Notes: generated by a model from the letters alone, not told the origin. A stretch of DNA of 64,000 nucleotides from an uncultured Ruminococcus sp. (GCA_947629455.1 CANRDT010000006.1:18476-82475); one strand, 5' to 3'. Shown: positions 49,481 through 59,682, numbered from the stretch's first letter. Translations and numbers: made by a program.

Positions 49481-50143
49481 ATGGCAATTTTTCAGAGAAT
49501 CGGGGATCTTATAAAGGCTAATATCAACGATCTTCTCGATAAGGCGGAAGATCCCGAAAAAATGGTAAAGCAGATAATCATTGATATGGAGAAAGAACTC
49601 CAGCAGTGTACGACCGCTCTCGGTCAGGCAATGGGTTCGCAGCGTCAGGTCAAGAAGGGTCTGGATAAGGCGAAGGCTGAATCGGCTCAGTGGGAGGGCA
49701 AGGCTAAAATGGCTTTGCAGGCAGGCAATCAGGATCTTGCCAAGCAGGCTCTCCAGAGAAAGATACAGGCTGACAATCAGGCGGCTCAGTATCAGCAGAT
49801 GTACGATCAGGCGACCACTCAGGTGGATACCATCAAGGCTCAGGTCGACGCTCTGAAAGCCAAGCTTGACGAGGCGCGCAGCCGTCAGAGTATGCTTATC
49901 GCACGTTCAAAAATGGCAGACGCGCAGAAGAGTATGGCTCAGACGCTCGGCAATATGGATTCCTCCAGCGCATTCAATAAACTGGATAAAATGGAAGAGA
50001 AGATCGAGGGCAAGGAGGCGCAGGCGGAGGCGTTCAACGATCTGGCAGGAACTTCCACCGAACCCGATCCGTTTGCGCAGCTTGAAAAGGACAGCGCGGT
50101 AGACGCGGAACTGGCACGTCTTATGGCGGAAATGGGGCAGTAA
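49481..50143 (+). CDS. pspA: PspA/IM30 family protein
   Basis: IFQRIGDLIKANINDLLDKAEDPEKM, coiled coil, FNKLDKMEEKI, VDAELARL. Confidence 0.95.
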   Translation: MAIFQRIGDLIKANINDLLDKAEDPEKMVKQIIIDMEKELQQCTTALGQAMGSQRQVKKGLDKAKAESAQWEGKAKMALQAGNQDLAKQALQRKIQADNQAAQYQQMYDQATTQVDTIKAQVDALKAKLDEARSRQSMLIARSKMADAQKSMAQTLGNMDSSSAFNKLDKMEEKIEGKEAQAEAFNDLAGTSTEPDPFAQLEKDSAVDAELARLMAEMGQ

Positions 50144-50146
50144 ACT

Positions 50147-50968
50147 ATGCCGATGATAATAATTGGACTTGTTCTGATAGGTGTCGGCGTCTATATGCTC
50201 TTTCAGGTCAAGAGATCCGCGGGCGACGCTCTCGAGATACAGGCGCAGGGAACCAAGACTATCCCCGAGGTAAAGGAGATACTTTCCGCAATGGCGGACG
50301 TAGATCCGAATTATCGGGAAATGGTGGAGGTAAAGGGCTTTGCTCAGGCTTCTCAGCCGGTAAAAGCGCCCTACTCGGGAATGCAGGTGGCTTTCTATAC
50401 CGCCGAAACGGTGCAGGTATCGGAAACGACCGAGGAATATACCGACAATGACGGCAACCGCAGGACGCGTACAAACAAGCATAACGATAAACTCAGCGAA
50501 GAGGAGTCCGGAGCGCAGCTGCTGCTCAAGGATAACGAGGGCAATGAGATAGTTATCGAAACAAACGGTATCGCGAATAAACTCGATCTGCAAAAAACTC
50601 TTGACAGATTTGAGCGCGACGACCCGTTCAGAGGGGACAGATACTATCAGAATTCCCACAGAAGATACAGGCACTATGATATTGCAGGTCCGAGAGGAGG
50701 ATACGGCTATCAGGTGCTCGGATATAAACAGGTGGAGAATACCATTCCCCTCAACGCTCCGCTTTACGCGCTGGGCGAGGCTTATATGAGCGGCGGAAAG
50801 ATCTTTATCGGTCCGCCGAGAGATAAATCAAAACCGTTTATCATCACCACAAAGTCGGAGGAACAGCTGCTCAAAAGCAAGAACAGCAGCAAGATATCAT
50901 CTATTGCATTCGGCGCGATAGGCTTTATCGTGGGCATCATTCTTCTGATAAAGGGAATAATAGGATAA
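50147..50968 (+). CDS. GIDE-domain (E3-ligase-like, no RING) two-TM membrane protein
   Basis: N- and C-terminal TM; VEVKG..P...P.SG, E..IP....LYALGE, PFIITTKSEEQL. Confidence 0.75.
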   Translation: MPMIIIGLVLIGVGVYMLFQVKRSAGDALEIQAQGTKTIPEVKEILSAMADVDPNYREMVEVKGFAQASQPVKAPYSGMQVAFYTAETVQVSETTEEYTDNDGNRRTRTNKHNDKLSEEESGAQLLLKDNEGNEIVIETNGIANKLDLQKTLDRFERDDPFRGDRYYQNSHRRYRHYDIAGPRGGYGYQVLGYKQVENTIPLNAPLYALGEAYMSGGKIFIGPPRDKSKPFIITTKSEEQLLKSKNSSKISSIAFGAIGFIVGIILLIKGIIG

Positions 50969-51078
50969 ATACATATCAAGTGGTGCTGCCGCAGGATCTC
51001 AGGGATTTATGCGGCAGCGCTGTTGTAGTTATTAATGCGGTAACGATCGGGATAAAATGAGTATCGGGAAGTGAAAAA

Positions 51079-52023
51079 ATGCTGTCGGTCATCATTCCTT
51101 GCCTTAACGAGGAAAACAACGTAAAAAGAATAGCCGCTAAAGTCGCCGAGGTGTTGGAACGCAGCGGCATAGAGTTTGAACTGATCTTTATAAACGACGG
51201 TTCGCAGGACGGCACATGGCAGCGTCTGCAAGAGCTTGCCGCAAACGACCGCCGCATAACCGCAGTGGATCTCAGCAAGAATTTCGGCAAGGAGAGCGCG
51301 ATCTTTGCAGGGCTCGATATGGCAAAGGGGGACGCCTGCGTCATTATGGACTGCGATATGCAGCATCCGCCTGAAACGATCGTGGAAATGTACGACGTGT
51401 GGAAAAACAACGACGTCGATATGGTCGAGGGAGTCAAAGCCGACAGGGGCAGCGAAAGCGCGGCTTACAGAGGAATGAGCAGGCTTTTTTATAAGCTGAT
51501 AAACAAGGCGTCGGGACTTCAGCTTGAAAATTCCTCCGATTTCAGACTGATCGACCGCCGCGTAACGGAGGCTCTTTCCCGTATGCCCGAAAGACTGACC
51601 TTTTTCAGAGCTATGTCGAGTTGGGTGGGATTCAGGACCGCCAAGGTGTATTTTAAAGTGGCTGAAAGGGAGGACGGCGAATCAAAATTCACCCTGCGTT
51701 CCCTTATTCGCTATGCGGTCAACAGCATAACCTCCTTTACCTCCGCGCCAATGCAGATAGTGACCGTCTGCGGACTGATAACGTTCGTTATTTCCGTGAT
51801 AATGGGCATTGACACCCTGTATAATAAATTTTTCGGCGGCTCTGCGGAGGGCTTTTCAACGGTGATAATCCTACAGCTCCTCACCTCGAGCATAATAATG
51901 TTCAGCCTTGGAGTTATCGGATTTTATCTTGCGAAAATATACGAGGAAATAAAAAGCCGTCCGAGATACATAGTAAGGGATATTGCAAAGATCTACGACG
52001 ATGATAAAGGAGAACAGGCGTGA
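51079..52023 (+). CDS. GT2 polyprenol-phosphate glycosyltransferase (GtrB/CsbB-like)
   Basis: IIPCLNEE, INDGSQD, SKNFGKE, MDCDMQHPP, SDFRL, two C-terminal TM. Confidence 0.93.
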   Translation: MLSVIIPCLNEENNVKRIAAKVAEVLERSGIEFELIFINDGSQDGTWQRLQELAANDRRITAVDLSKNFGKESAIFAGLDMAKGDACVIMDCDMQHPPETIVEMYDVWKNNDVDMVEGVKADRGSESAAYRGMSRLFYKLINKASGLQLENSSDFRLIDRRVTEALSRMPERLTFFRAMSSWVGFRTAKVYFKVAEREDGESKFTLRSLIRYAVNSITSFTSAPMQIVTVCGLITFVISVIMGIDTLYNKFFGGSAEGFSTVIILQLLTSSIIMFSLGVIGFYLAKIYEEIKSRPRYIVRDIAKIYDDDKGEQA

Positions 52024-54908
52024 AAGAAAAGGGTTTGCGGATAAACTGGTCTGAACTGAAAAGAAAAACAGGCGATAGGTGGATATATCTGTTGGTATTT
52101 TTTCTGCCTGCGGCGCTTATGTATACGGCTTACGCCTTTTTCAAGGTACACCCTTTCGGGGACAATTCGGCTCTGGTGCTCGATCTCAACGGTCAGTATG
52201 TCTATTACTACGAGGCTTTCCGCGATGCGCTCCGCGGAGAGGGAAGTCTTATCTATAACTGGTCGAGAAATCTTTCGGGCGAGATGTTCGGCGTATTCGC
52301 TTATTATCTGGCAAGCCCGTTTATGCTTGTGATCTGTATACTGCCGAGAAACTGTATGTGCGGCGCGATAGAGCTTATGCAGATACTGAAGATAGGTACC
52401 GCCGCGGTGACCTTCGCGTTCTTTCTGAGAAAATGCGGCAAGCCGTCAAAGACCTCGGTGATAATATTTTCCGTAAGCTATTCCCTTATGGCTTATATGG
52501 TCGTTCAGCTTATGGATCCCATGTGGCTTGACGGACTTATCTATCTGCCGCTTATCTGCCTCGGCGTACACCGACTTATTGACGAGGGCAGGCTCTGTCC
52601 CTACATTATCCCCCTCGCGCTTATGTTCATAGCGCATTTCTATATCGGATATATGGTGGGATTTTTCACGCTGTGCTATTTTATCTACTACTATTTTTCC
52701 GTAAAGAGAGAGATCACGCTGAAAAATATGGTGGCAGCTGCTCTCAGGTTCGCCTCTGCGACTATAGTTGCCATAGCTGCGGCTTGTATCGTCATTATTC
52801 CGGTCTACAATTCGCTAAAACTTGGCAAACTTGAATTTTCACAGCCCGACTGGTCGCTGGCGACGCAGTTTGATTTTCTCACTTTCATTACCAAACTGTT
52901 CCCGATGAGCTATGATACTGTCTATCCCGAGGGACTGCCTATGATCTTCTGCGGCACGGGAGCGCTGATACTCGTTCCGCTGTTTTTTATGAACGAGAGG
53001 ATACCCGTAAGAGAAAAAATAGGTAAGGGCGCTCTGCTTGCGGTGCTGACGGTATGTATGTACATAAGACCGATAGATATAGTATGGCACGGTATGCAGG
53101 TGCCCAATTGGCTGCCGTACAGATATTCCTTTGCGTTTTCGTTCATATTCCTGCTGGCGGCATACAGAGCCTTTGAAAATGCGGACGGAGTGACTGCAAA
53201 GGAAGTTGGCGGAGTATTTTTCGGACTGATGATATTCCTCTTCTGGTGCGAAAGAGAAAACTACGAGCATTTTCAGATATTTGAGGCGAGGACAGACGAC
53301 GGCGGCGAACTGTACGGCGTCATTCAGGGTATCTGGATAGCAATGCTCGCCTTGTGCGTATACTTTGCGCTCATCTGCTTGTGGAGGAAACACAGGGGAA
53401 AAAAGGCGCTTGCGGCAGTCCTGTGCGCGGCGGTCTGCGTGGATATGACGCTGAACGCTATGGATACTCTCCACAAGATAGACGTTGATGTGGCTTACAG
53501 CAAATATTCCTCCTACGAACCGTATATGAGCGATCTGCGTGCGGCTGTTGATATGATACAGGAATACGATGCATATCCCTTTTACCGTATGGAGGCGACA
53601 TTCCACCGTATGGTGAACGATCCGATCGGAACGGGATATTACGGCATTTCACATTCAAGCTCCACCATGAATGCTCCCGCTCTGAAAATGTTACAGCAAA
53701 TGGGATACGCCTACGGAGGAAATTATACCAAATACGACGGCGCTACAATGCTTACCGACGCTCTGTTCGATATACGCTATCTGATGGATAAAGAGGATTT
53801 TGACGATGTAAACGACTATATGGATCAGCGTGCGAATATACCGCAGCAGTACACCCTCGTCACCCATATAGACGAACAGGGCTCGAGATTTAAATTCTAC
53901 AGAAATCCCTACGCTCTCGGACTGGGGATAGTCTCATCACCTGCGATAAACGGCGTGCAGCTCAGCGAGACCGATCCGTTTGAAAATCAGAATAACGTGT
54001 TCGGTGCGCTCATCTCACAGACGGAGGAAGTCCGCTGCTTTAACAGGATACTTCCGCATATGACCGATTCGGAAAACCTTGCGACCTCTGATCTCGGGGA
54101 CGGTCATACCAGATACTATTACCTTGACGAGGGCATACCCGAATGTCATATGGACTATGTGGTGCGTATGGACCGCAGCGGCGCACTCTATATGTATCTT
54201 CCCACAAAGTACGAGAGGAGCTGCAATATCTGGATACAGCCTGAGGAGGAATATCAGAGGGGCGAACAGGTAATGGATTATGCCGGTCAGTTTTTTGTGG
54301 GGGATAACTATTCGATACTTAAACTCGGCGAATTTGAAAGAGATGAAGATATACGAATAAGGGTGACGATAGCCAACGACGATAACGAGGCTTTCTGGAG
54401 CGACGCGCTGTTCTATACTTTCGATATTGACGAGTTTGAAAGATCGGACGAGCTCCTCAAAGAAAGGGTCTGGGATATAACGAAATTTGAGGACACATAT
54501 CTCGAGGGAAACTGCTATGCCGAGGAGGAGGGGCAGTACCTGTTTACGACTATACCGGCGGAGAACGGCTGGACGGTGACCGTCAACGGCAGGGAAGTGC
54601 AATACGAGACCGCCCTCGATTCGCTGATCTCGATACCGCTCGACAAGGGCGAAAATACCGTTGCGATGAAGTATTCTCCCGACTATTTCAGAATGTCGGT
54701 GATAATAAGCATACTCGGCTGGGGAGTCGTCGTGATAATTTTCCTGTTTGAGTATAAGGACGGCAGGATCGTAAGGCGGCTGCTTACGGGAGCGAAAATG
54801 ACGGCTGACGGCGGCGCGGAAGATAAGGAAACTCCCGAAAAACCGCAGGCAGAAGAAAAAGCCGATGAACAGACGGGGAAAAACGACACAAGTCCGCCCG
54901 AAAAGTGA
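52020..54908 (+). CDS. YfhO family GT-C membrane glycosyltransferase
   Basis: DLNGQY, YYLASP, MWLDG, WHG...PNW.PYRYSF, TTIP...GW. Confidence 0.9.
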   Translation: MKEKGLRINWSELKRKTGDRWIYLLVFFLPAALMYTAYAFFKVHPFGDNSALVLDLNGQYVYYYEAFRDALRGEGSLIYNWSRNLSGEMFGVFAYYLASPFMLVICILPRNCMCGAIELMQILKIGTAAVTFAFFLRKCGKPSKTSVIIFSVSYSLMAYMVVQLMDPMWLDGLIYLPLICLGVHRLIDEGRLCPYIIPLALMFIAHFYIGYMVGFFTLCYFIYYYFSVKREITLKNMVAAALRFASATIVAIAAACIVIIPVYNSLKLGKLEFSQPDWSLATQFDFLTFITKLFPMSYDTVYPEGLPMIFCGTGALILVPLFFMNERIPVREKIGKGALLAVLTVCMYIRPIDIVWHGMQVPNWLPYRYSFAFSFIFLLAAYRAFENADGVTAKEVGGVFFGLMIFLFWCERENYEHFQIFEARTDDGGELYGVIQGIWIAMLALCVYFALICLWRKHRGKKALAAVLCAAVCVDMTLNAMDTLHKIDVDVAYSKYSSYEPYMSDLRAAVDMIQEYDAYPFYRMEATFHRMVNDPIGTGYYGISHSSSTMNAPALKMLQQMGYAYGGNYTKYDGATMLTDALFDIRYLMDKEDFDDVNDYMDQRANIPQQYTLVTHIDEQGSRFKFYRNPYALGLGIVSSPAINGVQLSETDPFENQNNVFGALISQTEEVRCFNRILPHMTDSENLATSDLGDGHTRYYYLDEGIPECHMDYVVRMDRSGALYMYLPTKYERSCNIWIQPEEEYQRGEQVMDYAGQFFVGDNYSILKLGEFERDEDIRIRVTIANDDNEAFWSDALFYTFDIDEFERSDELLKERVWDITKFEDTYLEGNCYAEEEGQYLFTTIPAENGWTVTVNGREVQYETALDSLISIPLDKGENTVAMKYSPDYFRMSVIISILGWGVVVIIFLFEYKDGRIVRRLLTGAKMTADGGAEDKETPEKPQAEEKADEQTGKNDTSPPEK

Positions 54909-54918
54909 TTTTTCAGCG

Positions 54919-54947
54919 TTGACTTGTCCGCAGGCGCAGAGTATAAT
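54919..54947 (+). promoter_or_regulatory. sigma-A promoter
   Basis: TTGACT-17-TATAAT. Confidence 0.7.
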
Positions 54948-54993
54948 TATAGCAGACGGCGTACAGCCTTAACGTGCGATATGGAGGATAGCT

Positions 54994-55815
54994 ATGACTA
55001 AGATAGTAAGAAAAAAGCTTACCGATGCCGGAGCAGCGTCCTGCGTGTTTTCATTTCTGGCAATGCTCGCGGCGGTATGCGGAACGCTTGCCGAATTTAT
55101 CGGAACGCAGATATGCAGCGAAATGATCGGACAGGATACGGATCATATCCTTGCAGGCACCCCTTTGCAGTACTTTGCCGTATACGGCGGCTGCGTGACT
55201 ATGGCTGCGGTGTCGCTGACGGTGTTTGTGATATGCGCCGCCTGCCGCAGAAAGAAAAAACTCGGCGCGGAGTTCGGCGGTATACTGGCGGTATTCTCGC
55301 TGACTTTCGGAGCGTTTATGGCTGCCCGGTCGCTCTATATGTATAACGATCTTAAAGGAACGCTTGATATGTCTTTCGGCGATTTCAGGGACTTTTATTC
55401 GCTTATGATACTGCTTTCGACAGCCCTGCCGCTCATTTCCTGCCTGCTGCTTTTCCTGTGCGGTCTGCTGCTGTGGGGAAGAGCCGTCACCGACGACTTT
55501 GCCGTAAAATGTCCCGTTATGGTAAGACAGCCTGCCGAGCCGGTCGATAATGACGAAGAACCTGCATATGGCGGCAAAGGACAAAAAACCGCTGACGAGA
55601 TCGCGCCAAGTATCGAATATACGAACAGCAATTATCAGAAAGAGCAGCTTTTCAAGACGCAGGAAAATGACGACCCTCCCGCCGAACAGACGGACGCAGA
55701 GGTGCAGAAACCGATAATTCCCAATCTGCCCGAAATGATGCTCTGTCCCGACTGCGGAACAAAAAACCGTATCGGGGTAAAGTTCTGCCGCGGCTGCGGG
55801 CATAAATTCACATAG
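54994..55815 (+). CDS. 4-TM membrane protein with C-terminal zinc ribbon
   Basis: Four TM segments; CPDCG..KFCRGCG. Confidence 0.8.
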   Translation: MTKIVRKKLTDAGAASCVFSFLAMLAAVCGTLAEFIGTQICSEMIGQDTDHILAGTPLQYFAVYGGCVTMAAVSLTVFVICAACRRKKKLGAEFGGILAVFSLTFGAFMAARSLYMYNDLKGTLDMSFGDFRDFYSLMILLSTALPLISCLLLFLCGLLLWGRAVTDDFAVKCPVMVRQPAEPVDNDEEPAYGGKGQKTADEIAPSIEYTNSNYQKEQLFKTQENDDPPAEQTDAEVQKPIIPNLPEMMLCPDCGTKNRIGVKFCRGCGHKFT

Positions 55816-55819
55816 ACGC

Positions 55820-55861
55820 AAAAAACCTCCGCCATTTTTATAACGGCGGAGGAGTTTTTTT
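55820..55861. terminator. Bidirectional terminator
   Basis: AAAAACCTCCGCC..GGCGGAGGAGTTTTTT. Confidence 0.75.
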
Positions 55862-56127
55862 CAGTTGTATTTCATAAATCTCAACAGCCCTGCGACCATA
55901 CCCACAACGCCGTACAGAATGGCGACCGTCGATATGATCTTGATGATAATGCCGAGAATGAAGATCCAGCCGAGCAGGAAGATAAGAAGTATTGCCGCAA
56001 CTATTATTCCCAGATATATCCCCGACGCTTTCAGCAAAGTGGCGGAGTCGTTGTTCCAGCCGTACATCGGAAAAATATCCTCCATTTCAAGACTCATAAG
56101 CATTTCTTTGAGTTTATTGAGATCCAT
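55861..56127 (-). CDS. Small 2-TM membrane protein
   Basis: GGGAGG RBS before MDLNKLKEML; two hydrophobic segments. Confidence 0.7.
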   Translation of the reverse strand: MDLNKLKEMLMSLEMEDIFPMYGWNNDSATLLKASGIYLGIIVAAILLIFLLGWIFILGIIIKIISTVAILYGVVGMVAGLLRFMKYN

Positions 56128-56297
56128 GACCTTAGCCTCCCTATAATAAAATATGTATATGTATATTATAATACATTTTTTGGGATAAATAAATACCCGA
56201 CCGGCAATTTTATAGAGATTCACAATAATTTTTATTGATATTAACCAAAAAAACAAGCCGGTACAAAACGTACCGGCAGTCAGTTCCTGCTTGTTCA

Positions 56298-56552
56298 TTA
56301 TGCATTGAGCGACTTAGCAAGCTGAGATTTTTTTCTCGCGGCTTTGTTTTTGTGCATAATGCCTTTAGTGCAAGCCATATCTACTTTCCTGATAGCAGCC
56401 TTTACAACGTCAGCCTTGTCAGCGTCGTTGTTGGCGACTGCGGACTCAGCCTTCTTGATAGCTGTCTTGAGATCGGACTTTATCATCTTGTTTCTGAGCG
56501 TTTTTGTCTCGATGACTTTAACGCGCTTTTTTGCAGACTTAATGTTCGGCAT
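56298..56552 (-). CDS. rpsT: 30S ribosomal protein S20
   Basis: [24 protein letters not shown]. Confidence 0.98.
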   Translation of the reverse strand: MPNIKSAKKRVKVIETKTLRNKMIKSDLKTAIKKAESAVANNDADKADVVKAAIRKVDMACTKGIMHKNKAARKKSQLAKSLNA

Positions 56553-56655
56553 ACCGACACCTCCCTCATTCTTGTATAATTTTCACTTATTCGGATAAAC
56601 TAACCGCACGACTGAGAGGAAATGCGGTCGGTTACTTAAACAAGCCTCGTAGATT

Positions 56656-56684
56656 ATTATATCACACCGATCGGATAATTGCAA
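56656..56684 (-). promoter_or_regulatory. sigma-A promoter of rpsT
   Basis: TTGCAA-17-TATAAT with TG extended -10. Confidence 0.8.
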
Positions 56685-56768
56685 GTGTTTTTATTAAAAA
56701 AATTCCTCAAACGTGATTTGATTTATTGTGCAATCTGTAGAAAAACCGCAGAAAAAGGAGAGATGAGA

Positions 56769-57638
56769 ATGTCGATACGCACGGATCTTGCGCTTGAAAG
56801 CGCGCAGAGAGTTTCGCTTACGGGAAATCTTGGGGGAGTTTCGCAGGAGCGGCGGTCATACGCTTCGGCAGAACTTGACGTTACGGAGATCACCGTCGAG
56901 ACCGACAAGGCGCAGCAGCTGCTCGGCAAACCTAAGGGGAGATATATCACGGTGGAAAGCCGCAGCGGAGCGTTTTCCTCCTACAGCGACAAATTCACGG
57001 AAAGAGTCGGCGCACTGGCAGGAGAACTCGCGGCGCTTCACGAAATACCCGACCGAGTACTTGTGGCAGGGCTCGGAAACCGCAATATAACCCCCGACAG
57101 CCTCGGTCCGAGAACGGCGGCGCGGATCTTCGCAACGCGGCATATCAAAATGCTTGCCAAAGATCTGGATACGGAGGATATGAGAGAAGTCAGCGTGCTG
57201 ACGACGGGAGTAATGGCGCAGACGGGGATAGAGTCCTCCGAGGCGGTAAAGGCAGTCTGTGACCGCGTAAAACCGCAGCTTGTCATAGTTGTGGACGCTC
57301 TTGCCTGCTCTCAGCTTTCTCATCTCGGAACGACCGTTCAGCTTTGCGATACGGGCATATCCCCCGGCAGCGGTGTGGAAAACGCACGCCGCGAGCTTTC
57401 GCAGTCTACGCTCGGCGCGCCCTGTATCGCGGTGGGAGTGCCTACCGTGGCGGACGCTCAGGCTCTTGCGGACGCCGCCGACAGTGAGGACTTTGCCCGA
57501 GATTTTCCCGGTCTGATAGTTACTCCGAAAAGCATTGACGACCTCATTTGGCGTACTTCGCTAATGATAGCCGCCGCGATAAATAAAGCCCTCCACCCCT
57601 CTCTCACTCAGGAGGAGATAGATTCGCTCATTCTGTAA
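56769..57638 (+). CDS. gpr: Spore germination protease GPR
   Basis: RTDLALE, GLGN..ITPDSLGP, GVMAQTGIE, PGSGV.N, VTPK.ID; divergent from rpsT. Confidence 0.95.
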   Translation: MSIRTDLALESAQRVSLTGNLGGVSQERRSYASAELDVTEITVETDKAQQLLGKPKGRYITVESRSGAFSSYSDKFTERVGALAGELAALHEIPDRVLVAGLGNRNITPDSLGPRTAARIFATRHIKMLAKDLDTEDMREVSVLTTGVMAQTGIESSEAVKAVCDRVKPQLVIVVDALACSQLSHLGTTVQLCDTGISPGSGVENARRELSQSTLGAPCIAVGVPTVADAQALADAADSEDFARDFPGLIVTPKSIDDLIWRTSLMIAAAINKALHPSLTQEEIDSLIL

Positions 57639-57694
57639 AGAGCAGGTTTGACGGCTTGTGTAAATTTTTCGTTAATTGGTATATGAAAATGCAT

Positions 57695-57708
57695 AGAAAA
57701 CGTTTTCT
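57695..57708. promoter_or_regulatory. LacI-family/cre-like operator palindrome
   Basis: Perfect palindrome AGAAAACGTTTTCT upstream of promoter TTGACT-17-TATTAT (57790-57818). Confidence 0.55.
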
Positions 57709-57916
57709 GTAAACGTAAACAATATATATAAGGGCAAAAATTTGTCATAATGCACAAAAGCAAGAAACATCTATATTGCAAGTTGCCGATTGACTAACTT
57801 TTTGAAATTTGATATTATTAAATTGACAGTTTAGCCGCCTCAAACGCGGCTGTCACGGACGAAAAAGGCTTTTTTACCGGACTGAAGTCCGTATTTTTAA
57901 GGAGGTTATTTATACA

Positions 57917-59362
57917 ATGAAAGCTGCAAAGAAAATAATGGCTGCAATGCTTGCGCTGACTATGGCGGCAGGTATATCCGCCTGCGGCAAGAAAGACGGA
58001 GGATCGGATTCCGCAAGCTCGGCAAGGGCAGGCAAGGATCTGAATGACGATCAGAAACAGCTCGTTGACTCGCTCGCTTCTCAGCTGCCCGACAGAGACC
58101 TTGCGAATAAAGAGATCCAATGGATGGCTCACTATGACATAAACCCCGTTGACGGCAAGGTAAAATCCCCCTCGCTCCAGCTGTTCGAGACCAAGTACGG
58201 CGGAAAGATCACTTTCAGGAGCTCTTCGTGGAACACCAGATACACCGACCTTGCTACCGCGGTTATGGGCAACACATCGCCCGACTTTTTCCCTGCTGAC
58301 GATATGGATACTTTCCCGAAAGGCGCTATCAAGAAGATGTTCCAGCCGATAGACCAGTATGTCGATCTCGATTCCGATCTGTGGGCTGATTCCAAGTCTT
58401 ATTCCGACGCGTTTATGTTCCAGGGCGAGCATTATATCGCGGTGATCAATCCTATGCCTACTTTCGCCTGCATTTACAGCAAGACGACTATCGAGGATAA
58501 CGGTTATGACGATCCTGCCAAGCTGTTTGCAGAGGGCAAGTGGAACTGGGATACATTTACCGAGATGTGCAAGGACTTCGTTAATGCCGAAGAGGACAAG
58601 TACGCGCTTGACGGATATTTCTACAACCAGGCTCTTAACGATACCTGCGGCGTTCCGCTTATCGGTATGAAGGACGGTAAGGTAGTCAATAATATGTCCG
58701 ATCCTGCGGTTGAAAAGGTTCAGGATATGATGTACAACCTCCAGAAAGACGGAGTTGTTTATCCGAGATCTGAAAACAACTGGGCTCCCAGAGGCGGCAG
58801 CGATGCTAACGGCGAAGGTATCGGTTCAGGACTTACTCTGTTCTATCCTATCGGTCTGTACGCTATCGAGTGCGACCCTGCCGACTACGTTCGTTTCGGC
58901 GATATTGCCAACGGCGATGTAATGTTCGTTCCTATGCCGACCGATCCCGATTCCGATACATATTATGTATCAGCCCGTGTTCACGGCTACTGCATCTGCT
59001 ACGGTGCTCCCAATCCCGAGGGCGTTGCCGCATTCCTTGACTGCGAGAAGCTGACTACCAAGGACGAAAGCGTTCAGCAGATCACATATGATACCCTGAA
59101 GAACGAGTATCTGTGGACTGACGAAATGATCGAAATGAGAAAGACCCTTTACAAGATGGCTGAAGAGCATCCTGTATTTGACGTTCAGGACGGCGTTTCT
59201 CCCGACCTGTCGAGTGTTATGGAAACCGTTAAGCAGGCTACCATGATCTCCGGCGGCGGCGAGACCACTTGGGGCGCTTGCCGTGAGGAGCATGAGGGCG
59301 AAGTTGACTTCTATGTAAACGAAGCTAACACCTCCGTTTCCGATGTACCGACTGCCGACTGA
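57917..59362 (+). CDS. Extracellular solute-binding lipoprotein (probably carbohydrate)
   Basis: ISAC lipobox; FETKYGGKI, SPD, DPAKLF..GKWNWDTF, FVPMP. Confidence 0.85.
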   Translation: MKAAKKIMAAMLALTMAAGISACGKKDGGSDSASSARAGKDLNDDQKQLVDSLASQLPDRDLANKEIQWMAHYDINPVDGKVKSPSLQLFETKYGGKITFRSSSWNTRYTDLATAVMGNTSPDFFPADDMDTFPKGAIKKMFQPIDQYVDLDSDLWADSKSYSDAFMFQGEHYIAVINPMPTFACIYSKTTIEDNGYDDPAKLFAEGKWNWDTFTEMCKDFVNAEEDKYALDGYFYNQALNDTCGVPLIGMKDGKVVNNMSDPAVEKVQDMMYNLQKDGVVYPRSENNWAPRGGSDANGEGIGSGLTLFYPIGLYAIECDPADYVRFGDIANGDVMFVPMPTDPDSDTYYVSARVHGYCICYGAPNPEGVAAFLDCEKLTTKDESVQQITYDTLKNEYLWTDEMIEMRKTLYKMAEEHPVFDVQDGVSPDLSSVMETVKQATMISGGGETTWGACREEHEGEVDFYVNEANTSVSDVPTAD

Positions 59363-59381
59363 TCTATGATCTGACAGCGAT

Positions 59382-59423
59382 AAAAAACACCGTGTGCTTA
59401 CGTTTGTAGGCGCACGGTTTTTT
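59382..59423 (+). terminator. Rho-independent terminator
   Basis: ACCGTGTGCTTAC..GTAGGCGCACGGT followed by T-run. Confidence 0.85.
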
Positions 59424-59469
59424 GGTATATTCTTCGTCGTAAAGAAAATAACATAATATGCAAAAAAAC

Positions 59470-59672
59470 TTTCTCCGCCCCATTTATAAAGCCGGAACGG
59501 TATGAATCTTGGACGGGCGGAAATGCCCCGTCCGGGAGGACCTCCGCCGTTGGCGGAGAATATAACGTTAAATTATTTTTCCTCCGCCAACGGCGGAGGA
59601 AAAATAATCCAAAAGTCTGTATTGACAATTAAAATATATTAAAATGCTTACATATAATTTTAAAATTGATTA
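59470..59672 (-). repeat. Repeat family B, long copy
   Basis: Revcomp aligns with 12797-12960; hairpin doublet as at 7723-7795. Confidence 0.88.
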
Positions 59673-59682
59673 TTTACATCAT

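Noticed and set aside
59622-59660. Antisense promoter into rluB (TTGACA)
   Set aside because: No -10 at 16-18 bp spacing; part of repeat B
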